Below are positions 41,668-50,460 of a DNA stretch of 64,000 nt, piece by piece. A model generated the notes under the pieces. That model was not told the origin of the DNA. It worked only from the letters and a program-made list of their open reading frames with translations, and searched no databases. This DNA comes from Flavobacteriales bacterium. Its GTDB lineage: Bacteria; Bacteroidota; Bacteroidia; Flavobacteriales_D; JAUILH01. The stretch's first letter is position 1. Every line of letters starts with the position of its first letter. The stretch covers positions 475,652 through 539,651 of the forward strand of contig CAXRGQ010000006.1 of assembly GCA_964230215.1 (NCBI GenBank). The letters are read 5' to 3'. The translations under genes and the position numbers were made by a program.

Positions 41668-42465
41668 ATGAATTATCGTCATTACATATTGTTCTTGCTG
41701 CTCATTCTAACTTTAGCTTATCCAGTTAGGGGGCAAGTAGAAGTGGCAGATACTATAAAACTAACCTCCACGCAAAGTTCGTCACGGATTATTACAGGAG
41801 TGGCAAAGCCTTCAAATGAGCTGAACGCTGCAAATGCTGATGGCATTATAAACAACCACCATAAATTTGCCTTAGCTTCAGGCACACCAGATTCGATAGA
41901 TTTGTCCTTGTCACCAAGTATCTCCACATATCTTCCAGGATCACAGGTTATGTTTTTCGCACCATCAAGCAATACAGATAGCGTATTAGTGAATGTTGAT
42001 GGGCTAGGTTTTGTGCCTCTTAACAAGGGATATGGCGTGAAATTAGACTCAGGAGACCTTAAAGCAGGTCTGGTTGTAAACGCCATTTATGATGGAACTC
42101 AATTTATCATATTGTCTGAGTTGAATAAGTCATGCCCATCAGGTTACACGAGCGTAAATGATTATTACTGCATCCATATAGATGAACAAGCAGATAGCGT
42201 TGATTATTGGCAGGCAATTGTGGCTTGCGCTGACGAAAACGCACGTTTGTGCACATGGAGTGAATGGTACAATGCATGCAGAAAATTAGGGACCTCATTG
42301 AATAACATGATAGATAATTGGGAATTTGTTGACGGTGCACAGAATTATCTTGCTGCATCCCCCACTAAAACTAGAGCAAAATTGGCCGGTGAATTTGCAT
42401 GCGAAGAGGGTTCTGGTGGAAATCCAACTGTTCCCAGAGCTTATAGGTGTTGTTATACAAAATGA
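41668..42465 (+). CDS. Secreted Cys-rich protein, paralog 1 (C-terminal C-type-lectin/FGE-like domain)
   Basis: 265 aa with a signal peptide (LTLAYPVRGQ). It shares the IYDGTQF motif and an 8-Cys C-terminal domain CPSGY..VN..YCI...W.A..C...LCTWSEWYNAC...RCCYTK with the next two genes. It begins 2 nt after the upstream stop codon. Confidence 0.85.
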   Translation: MNYRHYILFLLLILTLAYPVRGQVEVADTIKLTSTQSSSRIITGVAKPSNELNAANADGIINNHHKFALASGTPDSIDLSLSPSISTYLPGSQVMFFAPSSNTDSVLVNVDGLGFVPLNKGYGVKLDSGDLKAGLVVNAIYDGTQFIILSELNKSCPSGYTSVNDYYCIHIDEQADSVDYWQAIVACADENARLCTWSEWYNACRKLGTSLNNMIDNWEFVDGAQNYLAASPTKTRAKLAGEFACEEGSGGNPTVPRAYRCCYTK

Positions 42466-43241
42466 AAGCTTTATTAACCATATCTGTATTTTTAACTCTG
42501 TCGAATGTGTCCGGGCAGTTAACGGTGGATAAATCCATAAACTTTACCGCAACTGATTCTAGTAAAAATCAGGTTGTTGGGCACGATGAACCATTTCAAT
42601 TAGACCATGCTGTCAATGTCAACTCGGCGGTTAAAAGTGTGCTTAACTTTAGTAATTCAGTGAGCTATGCTAACAACATAATAAATGTAAACAGAAATAT
42701 TCCTGAACAAAACTATCAGACTGGTATGTCCATTGCTTTCATATCAAATTTTTCTTGTGATGATAGCGTCCAAATTACAATAGATGGAGGTGATACCGCC
42801 TTCATAACTAAAAGCATCACAGAATTATTGGACACAAACAATATAGCTGTCAATCAGTATGTAGAATTAATCTACGATGGAACTAATTTCCAATTATTAA
42901 ACAATACACAAGCTTGTCCATCTGGATTTGTTCAAGTAAATAATAACTATTGTATTCAAATGAACGAATACGGCCCCATGACCATTTATGACGCAATGGC
43001 ATTTTGTGATACGCTAGGAGGTCAATTATGCTCCCTATCCGATTGGTATTATGCATGCCAAAAAACCGATTTAAACCTCCAAGACATGACAAACAATTGG
43101 GAATGGATAAATCATGGAATGGACCATACTAGTGACGCCGCAACAGTTGGAAACGGCGTATGCGAGAGCATCCTTACACAGCAATCTGAGCTATGGCAAG
43201 GAGGAAATACTGCAATTTTTAGATGTTGTTATTACAGATGA
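42462..43241 (+). CDS. Secreted Cys-rich protein, paralog 2
   Basis: Signal peptide MKALLTISVFLTLSNVSGQ. The start ATG overlaps the upstream TGA (ATGA). The C-terminal domain has the same Cys pattern and ends in FRCCYYR. Confidence 0.85.
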   Translation: MKALLTISVFLTLSNVSGQLTVDKSINFTATDSSKNQVVGHDEPFQLDHAVNVNSAVKSVLNFSNSVSYANNIINVNRNIPEQNYQTGMSIAFISNFSCDDSVQITIDGGDTAFITKSITELLDTNNIAVNQYVELIYDGTNFQLLNNTQACPSGFVQVNNNYCIQMNEYGPMTIYDAMAFCDTLGGQLCSLSDWYYACQKTDLNLQDMTNNWEWINHGMDHTSDAATVGNGVCESILTQQSELWQGGNTAIFRCCYYR

Positions 43242-44002
43242 AACAATTGTCAACCATATTACTGATTTTATGCGCTCAATTTTCAATTGCCCAATTTGAG
43301 CTGAATAATGAAATCAATCTTACTGGTTCGACTGAATCGGATCGTCAAGTCTCTAATCTCGGACCTGCGTACGATACCACAAACATAGTTAGTGCGTTAG
43401 ACATTCAATCTAATAGATTGATATATTGTTCAGCAATTGGAAATGACTCGATTCTAGTTAATACTCAGGTGAGCTACAATGCATATCTCCCGGGGAGCGT
43501 ATTGTTAGTTAGAATTGACAGTAATAATGCCGCCTCTCCTGTTATTAATGTGAACGGACTAGGCTACAAAATAATTTTAAAGAACTATGCCGACAGCCTG
43601 CAATCCAATGACTTAATCAAGGGTCAGTTGGTATACCTAATTTATGACGGCGCTAATTTTCAACTGATAAATTGGTTAGAAAACTTTTGTCCTTCAGGAT
43701 TTACAAAGGTTAATAATTCTTATTGTATAGAAGCCGATGAGAATAATGCAAGTAATCTATGGGATGCCATTATTAACTGCAAAAGCAAAAACGCAAAAAT
43801 GTGTACTTGGGCAGAATGGTACTATGCCTGTCAAAAAACTGGACTAGGCCTTCTAAACATGACCAACAATTTTGAGTGGCTAAACTGCCCGATAAACAAT
43901 CCAAATCAAGCTCTAATAATTGGTAATGGTGACTGTTTAACAGGTACTGCTAGTCACGCAACTACCACATCCTACAATTTCCGCTGTTGCTATGCGAAAT
44001 AA
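43238..44002 (+). CDS. Secreted Cys-rich protein, paralog 3
   Basis: Signal peptide MKQLSTILLILCAQFSIAQ. It has an ATGA start/stop overlap with paralog 2. The C-terminal domain has the same Cys pattern and ends in FRCCYAK. Confidence 0.85.
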   Translation: MKQLSTILLILCAQFSIAQFELNNEINLTGSTESDRQVSNLGPAYDTTNIVSALDIQSNRLIYCSAIGNDSILVNTQVSYNAYLPGSVLLVRIDSNNAASPVINVNGLGYKIILKNYADSLQSNDLIKGQLVYLIYDGANFQLINWLENFCPSGFTKVNNSYCIEADENNASNLWDAIINCKSKNAKMCTWAEWYYACQKTGLGLLNMTNNFEWLNCPINNPNQALIIGNGDCLTGTASHATTTSYNFRCCYAK

Positions 44003-45284
44003 AATATTAGCAGCCCTCGTTATCATATGTTTTTCTGCTCCTCATATTAAGTCACAGAGCGACATTACCTGCTATTCTCCTAGCCAATCGCCAATTATCT
44101 TGCTTTCATACTACGGGTTGTCACATGACACAATAGCGTGTTACCAGCCTGATAAGGACGGAGTCGTCAACGTACCTCAAGAATTAGCTGAAGGGTTTTA
44201 TACAATTTCTCAAAACTCATTAAGTCGGGATTTTATTTTTACACCTAAAGAAAAACTCTCTATCTACTTTAATGATTCAACAATCGATTTGTCCTATTCT
44301 TTGGAAAATAATCTACTAGATACGGTTAGGCACAAATACCTCTCCTATAAGACAAGAAAAGATAACTTGTTGTTAATTAAACGCAATGCCCAGGATAATG
44401 AAATTCATGCGACAAGAATTGATAGCATTATTGGCAAATTGCAACACGACTTTAATCATGAACTTAATGAGCTTAAGTTAAAGTACCCTAGCTCATATGC
44501 AATTATTAGTACCTGCACATATATTGAGAAACTCACAAGTAATAGTAAATCATCTTATTTCTACAACTTAGTAATTGACAAAAAGTATTTGAATTCCACC
44601 CTGTACCCTAATATCTTTATGAACTACTTTAAGGAACATACAGCATATGATGAAAGTGGATTTAAATCAAGCATTGACACCATTCTGTACTATACCAGTT
44701 CTGATCAGTCCGTATATAATTATGCGTTAAAATTTATTCTTGAACTATTCGATAAGGTCGGACCTAAAATAATTTATGATTACATAATAGATAATTACTT
44801 ATTAAATGGTGGCTGCAACGAAGGAACAGAACTGGTAGATAAAGCTATATTAGAGGGTTACCTTAGCCTAAGAATCGGAAACAAACCGGATAATATAGAT
44901 ATTCTCGGCAAGGATCTATACTCTATTTGTAGCGCAAAAGACCATAACATTATTGTCTTTTGGTCATCTCATTGTTCATTTTGTAAGGAAGCTTTACCAG
45001 AACTATTAAGACTTCAATCAAAGACGGATAACATCAATATCATAGCGTTTTCATTAGATACAGATTTAAGTAACAATTACTATTTAAATGTACTTAACAA
45101 TTACCCGTGGACACATGTCTGTGATAAGAAATCATGGGATTCACCATATGTTAATCACTTCAAGATAAACAAAACGCCAAGCATCTTTTATTTGGATAGA
45201 TCGAGTACGATACTTGGTAAAAACTTAAGCACTATAGAACTAGAAAAACTTATAAAAGCTAGGCAAAATTCGACAGATCAATAA
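43992..45284 (+). CDS. TlpA/ResA-like thioredoxin-fold thiol-disulfide oxidoreductase with long N-terminal extension
   Basis: 430 aa with a signal peptide (FSAPHIKSQ). The C-terminal thioredoxin fold has a CxxC active site (IIVFWSSHCSFCKEALPEL) and a cis-Pro region (NKTPSIFYLD). It overlaps paralog 3 by 11 nt. Confidence 0.8.
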   Translation: MRNKILAALVIICFSAPHIKSQSDITCYSPSQSPIILLSYYGLSHDTIACYQPDKDGVVNVPQELAEGFYTISQNSLSRDFIFTPKEKLSIYFNDSTIDLSYSLENNLLDTVRHKYLSYKTRKDNLLLIKRNAQDNEIHATRIDSIIGKLQHDFNHELNELKLKYPSSYAIISTCTYIEKLTSNSKSSYFYNLVIDKKYLNSTLYPNIFMNYFKEHTAYDESGFKSSIDTILYYTSSDQSVYNYALKFILELFDKVGPKIIYDYIIDNYLLNGGCNEGTELVDKAILEGYLSLRIGNKPDNIDILGKDLYSICSAKDHNIIVFWSSHCSFCKEALPELLRLQSKTDNINIIAFSLDTDLSNNYYLNVLNNYPWTHVCDKKSWDSPYVNHFKINKTPSIFYLDRSSTILGKNLSTIELEKLIKARQNSTDQ

Positions 45285-46407
45285 ATTTTCTTGCAAAACT
45301 GCTAATTGCCTTATCATAAGCTCCAACAGCGTCATAGTCAACAGAAAAATTCTCATTTTGCATAAGCACCATCAACTCATCGGCATTTTTTGGATCGAAA
45401 TGCGTACAGTTCTTGTCAACCTGCTCCAAATGAACAGGAATATTTGAAACAATTATGTGCTTTCCAAGTGCCTTTGCATCCTCAACTACTGTACTCCATC
45501 CTTCAAATAGCGAGGGTTGAATAATTGCTTTGGCATTCTGCATGATACACAATTGCTCAAGTCTATCCATAAATCCTAAAAAGATAACATTGTCACCTAA
45601 ACCATTTTCATTTACAAATGCTTTTAATTTGTTCACATAATCTACGTTTCTAAAATCTTTTTCCTTTCCAGAGAATAACAGCAATGGAACTTTGCCTCCG
45701 GCCTGCTTAATTAATCTCATGGCTTCAAGAACGACCAAATGATTTTTATGCGCCCAGAACTGATTTGGCGTGAAAAAATAGTCGTTATTAATTCCGTATC
45801 TCTCCTTAAGCTCATTAAAACTAACTGCCGAAAAATCAGGGTGTGTTACAGCAAATTCTAACACGGTGGTATTTGCCTTCGCATCTGGGTATAGCTCTTT
45901 AAAATGTGATTGAGCATCCTTACTACTAAGAACAACCAAATCATAGTCTTTAGCCACCATTATTTGGTGTTTTTTGCGTCTCGCAATAATCTCATCCGTA
46001 AACAAATGTGGTAAATAGGCTTCTTGAAAATCTGGTATCCATACGATCTTCTTTAAACCTTTGGATTTCACATGTTTTGAGTACATAGGGTACAAAAAAT
46101 CTATGTTTACATTCACATTTGAGTTATAGGCTAGGTTTTTTCCAGCAACTAATCTATACACCCTATTTACCATGCGAAACATAAGATTTGGCACGGCAGG
46201 AAATTGGATGAATTCCAGATACGGATAATCGGTTCCATCCTTGACATTGTTATAATTCTCTGTATTATTGGTAAGAATTATGAAAACAGGCTTTTCCTTG
46301 TCATCCAAGGTCTTGCACGCCTTAATAATATTTAATACGTAATAGGTTCCAGCTATCCAATCTTCTTTATAGCTATATATTAATCCAATCCTTTTTCTTG
46401 ACACCAT
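45259..46407 (-). CDS. Glycosyltransferase (GT-B, GT4/GT1-like)
   Basis: 382 aa. C-terminal QPSLFEGWSTVVEDAKALGKHIIVSNIPVHLEQ (E-x7-E). Confidence 0.8.
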   Translation of the reverse strand: MVSRKRIGLIYSYKEDWIAGTYYVLNIIKACKTLDDKEKPVFIILTNNTENYNNVKDGTDYPYLEFIQFPAVPNLMFRMVNRVYRLVAGKNLAYNSNVNVNIDFLYPMYSKHVKSKGLKKIVWIPDFQEAYLPHLFTDEIIARRKKHQIMVAKDYDLVVLSSKDAQSHFKELYPDAKANTTVLEFAVTHPDFSAVSFNELKERYGINNDYFFTPNQFWAHKNHLVVLEAMRLIKQAGGKVPLLLFSGKEKDFRNVDYVNKLKAFVNENGLGDNVIFLGFMDRLEQLCIMQNAKAIIQPSLFEGWSTVVEDAKALGKHIIVSNIPVHLEQVDKNCTHFDPKNADELMVLMQNENFSVDYDAVGAYDKAISSFARKFIDLSNFA

Positions 46408-47282
46408 TGATAAAACTTATTTAAGCCATCTATCATGGCAACCTTTGGAGTAAACCCAATTTTCTGAATCTGATTTACGTCTGCTTTCCAGTTACTCGGA
46501 TCACCTTTCCTGGTTTCACCGCTAAACTCAAACTGCACGCCGTCTGAAACTAGACCGTAGAACATATCCACCACATCACTTATTTTCATTTCAGTTCCTG
46601 AAGCAGCATTAATTGCCTGACCTTCAAACTTACACTTATTAATACACAAATCAATGATTGATATCAGATCATCTATATAAATATAGTCCCTTGATTCATC
46701 GCCCGTTCCAAACAATTTAATTGGTCCATCTGTTGCAATGTATTTCTGATAAAGATCCCAAAACAATTGCTTTTTCAAGCCTTCTCCATAAGCAGAAAAA
46801 ACCCTTAAACTGAGCGTTTTAATATTGAAATTCTCGTAGAACTCCGTGCATATCTGCTCTGCCATAAGCTTATGTTTACCGTAGGGCGATATAGGCTTTA
46901 ATTGTGAATCTTCATGGATAGGCAATTGAATTGGATTACCATATACAGCGGCACTAGACATGTTAATAAACTTACAATCGGGATTATACCTTCTGATGGC
47001 GTCCAATTGCATAAATACGTTGTGTGTATTTAATAAAAAATCTCTGTCTGGATGCTTTATACTATCGGGTACACTAGCTGCTCCGGAACAGTTGATGCAA
47101 ATATCGAATGACTGATCTCTAAACAAATCTCTGTAGTCAGCACTGCTCGCATCAAGTAGAATGTAATTACTGGCCGTGTAGTCCACAATAACGTCAGCTC
47201 CCCATACATCATACTTATTTGAGAAGTAACTCACACAATGTGCCCCAATAAAACCTTTTGATCCAATTACTAATACCTTCAT
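46380..47282 (-). CDS. NAD-dependent sugar epimerase/dehydratase
   Basis: 300 aa. VLVIGSKGFIGAH and catalytic YGKHK. Confidence 0.85.
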   Translation of the reverse strand: MKVLVIGSKGFIGAHCVSYFSNKYDVWGADVIVDYTASNYILLDASSADYRDLFRDQSFDICINCSGAASVPDSIKHPDRDFLLNTHNVFMQLDAIRRYNPDCKFINMSSAAVYGNPIQLPIHEDSQLKPISPYGKHKLMAEQICTEFYENFNIKTLSLRVFSAYGEGLKKQLFWDLYQKYIATDGPIKLFGTGDESRDYIYIDDLISIIDLCINKCKFEGQAINAASGTEMKISDVVDMFYGLVSDGVQFEFSGETRKGDPSNWKADVNQIQKIGFTPKVAMIDGLNKFYQWCQEKGLD

Positions 47283-48145
47283 TTTTTTATACCAATATAT
47301 GTATACATTCTCCCAGGTATTTTTGCTTCATTATATGCATCACTACTATTGAAATTAATCTTTTTTCGATATAGCCTTTGTATTAATCCTATGTTTGCCA
47401 AGATACCAAGCCTGCGTTTTAAATGATTAATCATGGCCTTTTCTTTAGACTCACCAAGTTGAATGTATTCTTCCTTGGTAATTGGATAATAATTGATGAC
47501 TGAATCAAAATGTTTTAACTCTTTTTGAACTTCAATGTTTGCAGAAGTCATTGCATTGCGATATTCAGTTGCAGTATACGCATTCTCACCACCATAGAAT
47601 TTATGCAATGGATGCATCTCTAAAAACCATTCTTTATCCTCCTTGTTGTATATAACATGATCCCTTACCGTTAAGAGAAGACCACCAGGCTTTAATACCC
47701 TGGCACACTCTAAAATAAATTTATTTAAATCATTTGCATGATGCATAGCCTGTCTGACATAAACTACATCAAACACACTATTATCAAATTTTATTTCCTC
47801 CGCAAATGATTCATATATTTTAAGGTTGTCTAAACTATGTTGTTGCTTAAGTTTTCTTATCGCTCCTGCTCCAATGGTATCGCTTGGGTCAGGTTCAACC
47901 GCATGAACCTCAAATCCAGAATTTGCAAATGCCACAGAGCTAATTCCATTACCGGCTCCAATATCCAATATTAATTTTGCCTTAGGTGCATAAAGTTTAA
48001 TCAGTTCTAATGTTGCTTCAAACTCCTCACCATCACCAAATCGCTGCACATTGAGGTCTAAATCCTTTTCAAAATATGCTTTTTCGACTAGATCCTTGTA
48101 AGACGGCTCATTTCTAATAAATTCGATTGTTTCTTCCCAAGTCAT
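47279..48145 (-). CDS. Class I SAM-dependent methyltransferase
   Basis: 288 aa. Motif I ILDIGAGNGISS and post-I acidic residue VHAVEPD. Confidence 0.85.
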   Translation of the reverse strand: MTWEETIEFIRNEPSYKDLVEKAYFEKDLDLNVQRFGDGEEFEATLELIKLYAPKAKLILDIGAGNGISSVAFANSGFEVHAVEPDPSDTIGAGAIRKLKQQHSLDNLKIYESFAEEIKFDNSVFDVVYVRQAMHHANDLNKFILECARVLKPGGLLLTVRDHVIYNKEDKEWFLEMHPLHKFYGGENAYTATEYRNAMTSANIEVQKELKHFDSVINYYPITKEEYIQLGESKEKAMINHLKRRLGILANIGLIQRLYRKKINFNSSDAYNEAKIPGRMYTYIGIKK

Positions 48146-48756
48146 TGTATGATTTTCTTTACCTCTTTTGCAGGATTACCAGCATAGACACTATCAGCAG
48201 GAACATCCGTAACCACAACACTTCCGGCCGCGATTACCGCTCTTTCTCCAATAACTACCCCTTTCATTATAACAACGTCAAATCCTATCCAAGCCTTATC
48301 ACCTATAATTATCGGTTTAGACTCAACTTTATCCCAATTCTTATACTTGCCAATGGCACCCTCAACTATACCCTTCTTCCAATCCTTTACATCATTCTTC
48401 CGTTCTTCCCAATAAATTGAATGTGCGTTATTATCCATAAACGTGCATCCCCAGGATATTAAAACATCATCACCGACTGTAATACTGTTAATACATATAA
48501 ATTTACATCCCCCACCAACGAATGTCCTACTTCCAATCTTAACTACGCCTTCGTCATTTTCAAATATATAGCTACCAGAAACTACACTATCATCACCAAT
48601 TACAAGTCTTATGGCTTCATTTTTACTTCTATTCGACAGTTTAATTGAATCAGTTAATGAGCTATCGCCTGATTGTATGTATAATTGCTTTGAAACAGTG
48701 TTATCTGGCTTACCACTGCCTAATAGTTTTCTATATACCTTTTTTAATAACCCCAT
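48142..48756 (-). CDS. Hexapeptide-repeat (LbH) acetyltransferase
   Basis: 204 aa. Hexapeptide repeats and the C-terminal motif VPADSVYAGNPAKEVKK, typical of WbbJ/maltose-O-acetyltransferase-like enzymes. Confidence 0.85.
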   Translation of the reverse strand: MGLLKKVYRKLLGSGKPDNTVSKQLYIQSGDSSLTDSIKLSNRSKNEAIRLVIGDDSVVSGSYIFENDEGVVKIGSRTFVGGGCKFICINSITVGDDVLISWGCTFMDNNAHSIYWEERKNDVKDWKKGIVEGAIGKYKNWDKVESKPIIIGDKAWIGFDVVIMKGVVIGERAVIAAGSVVVTDVPADSVYAGNPAKEVKKIIQ

Positions 48757-49685
48757 TTAACATTCAAATCAATCTTAATAATCTCAGACAATCTATTGAT
48801 ATCGCTTTTATATTTAATCATCAAGGTATCATACGTCTCTTTGTTGATTTTGAGTTTTCCATCATCAACAATATTGTTTTCAAGAATTTTATTGGCATAA
48901 GCTCTGCCAATCGCGTTCGACATTAGACGATTAAATCCTCTTTTAATTCCATACGCATAATATTGTTTTCGAGCACTCTTGATACTGACAGATTTATTGA
49001 CCTCCTCAAGCTTAAACTCTCGTTCATCAACTCCTATAAAACTACAAATAGAATTCAATACTTCATTCTGGTTTTGTTTAAAATCTTCATAAAGGTAAAC
49101 TTTCACATTTTCTGCTCCCATGGCCTTATAAAAACGCTCAACTTGATCTGCGTACAGACCAGAATTAAAATACAGGTAGTTATTCTTAAAACTGTGGTCC
49201 TGCTTGGATAGTGAAATTTTTCCAGATATTCTATCATCCTCGACCTGTAACGCTTCTTCAAACGTCTCTGCTTTTTCATAACCACTCATTACCATCCAAT
49301 TATATAATGAAAATGCCCTTTTAGCAGGATTTCTTAACATAATAATTATCTTGGCAGCCGGTGCCTCTCTTTTTATAATTTGAGCACTATTTGGGCTAGA
49401 TAAGTAGGCATGACACACCTCTCCTATCATTTGATTCTCTGTTGCCTCTAGAAAATGTTCTAAATATTTGTCTTTATCATTAATACCGTAGATATCCGAA
49501 TAATAGCCTAATTCTTTAAAGCGAATATCACTTGTTACAAAGATCTGTGGGTGATTCTGAAAGTACTTCCATAATGCTGTAGTCCCACTTTTTGCAGCTC
49601 CAACAACCAGAAAATCAGGATTTCTCATAGACGACATTATAATTAAATAATTCAAGTTGCGCTTTTGAAACGGCATTGAATTCAT
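48744..49685 (-). CDS. Sulfotransferase (heparan-sulfate-sulfotransferase-like, Sulfotransfer_1 type)
   Basis: PSB loop FLVVGAAKSGTTALWKYF and 3'-PB IIIMLRNPAKRAFSLY. The real start is probably an internal Met at 49637 or 49628, which would reduce the 71-nt overlap with the upstream gene. Confidence 0.82.
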   Translation of the reverse strand: MNSMPFQKRNLNYLIIMSSMRNPDFLVVGAAKSGTTALWKYFQNHPQIFVTSDIRFKELGYYSDIYGINDKDKYLEHFLEATENQMIGEVCHAYLSSPNSAQIIKREAPAAKIIIMLRNPAKRAFSLYNWMVMSGYEKAETFEEALQVEDDRISGKISLSKQDHSFKNNYLYFNSGLYADQVERFYKAMGAENVKVYLYEDFKQNQNEVLNSICSFIGVDEREFKLEEVNKSVSIKSARKQYYAYGIKRGFNRLMSNAIGRAYANKILENNIVDDGKLKINKETYDTLMIKYKSDINRLSEIIKIDLNVKWGY

Positions 49686-50460
49686 CTATGTATTCCTTAT
49701 TTGGAAACAACTTTTGGCTTCCTGATACGCCCTTATCAATAAATCCCTTACCCTTGGCAAAACCATTTTCAGATCTCATTTTCATCCAATCTGTTCTACT
49801 TTCCAGCGATTTCATATGCTCAATTGAGGTCAAGTCAGCAACTTTTTTCATTTCTTCATCTGATCTTTTAATTTCTAAGAAATCACAAATCCTTTTAATA
49901 ACTTCAATCTTCTTGTCAATTATGTCTTCAAATTTCAGGACCATAAATTTATCCAGATTTGTTCTTTGAACCATCCATTCATTTACATGGTTATGCCAAT
50001 ATGTACCCATTATCTGGGTCTTACACGCTAACGCTCCATTTAAATCAAACTTATGTCCCATTTTCTCCATCATCACAGAATACGAAATTAGAGCATCCCG
50101 ACCATCTCTCACTAAATATATAACCTTTCTGTGATGATGTTTTGGTAATTCATGTGACTTAAAAAAACAAGTGTCATTTACTCTAAAATAGTACTTGTTA
50201 GCATATACATCTGGACATATTAGATTGACTAACGATCGACCAGCCTGCTCATTTATGCCATAATATAAGTGCGCTATAATATGCTGCATTAATGTGTTCC
50301 CGGACTTAGGAAACCCCACAATAAAGACATCCTTTTCTGAGAACTTCCCCATCTTTTCAACACCACCAGGAAATGAAGCATTAATCTTTATCGATAGCTT
50401 CTCTTGCTCAACAGATTGACCGCTGTCTCCAGATAAAGATCGTATTATCCGTTTAATCAT
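49615..50460 (-). CDS. Sulfotransferase (aryl/cytosolic-type Sulfotransfer_1)
   Basis: 281 aa. PSB loop FIVGFPKSGNTLMQH and 3'-PB VIYLVRDGRDALISY. Confidence 0.82.
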   Translation of the reverse strand: MIKRIIRSLSGDSGQSVEQEKLSIKINASFPGGVEKMGKFSEKDVFIVGFPKSGNTLMQHIIAHLYYGINEQAGRSLVNLICPDVYANKYYFRVNDTCFFKSHELPKHHHRKVIYLVRDGRDALISYSVMMEKMGHKFDLNGALACKTQIMGTYWHNHVNEWMVQRTNLDKFMVLKFEDIIDKKIEVIKRICDFLEIKRSDEEMKKVADLTSIEHMKSLESRTDWMKMRSENGFAKGKGFIDKGVSGSQKLFPNKEYIDEFNAVSKAQLELFNYNVVYEKS

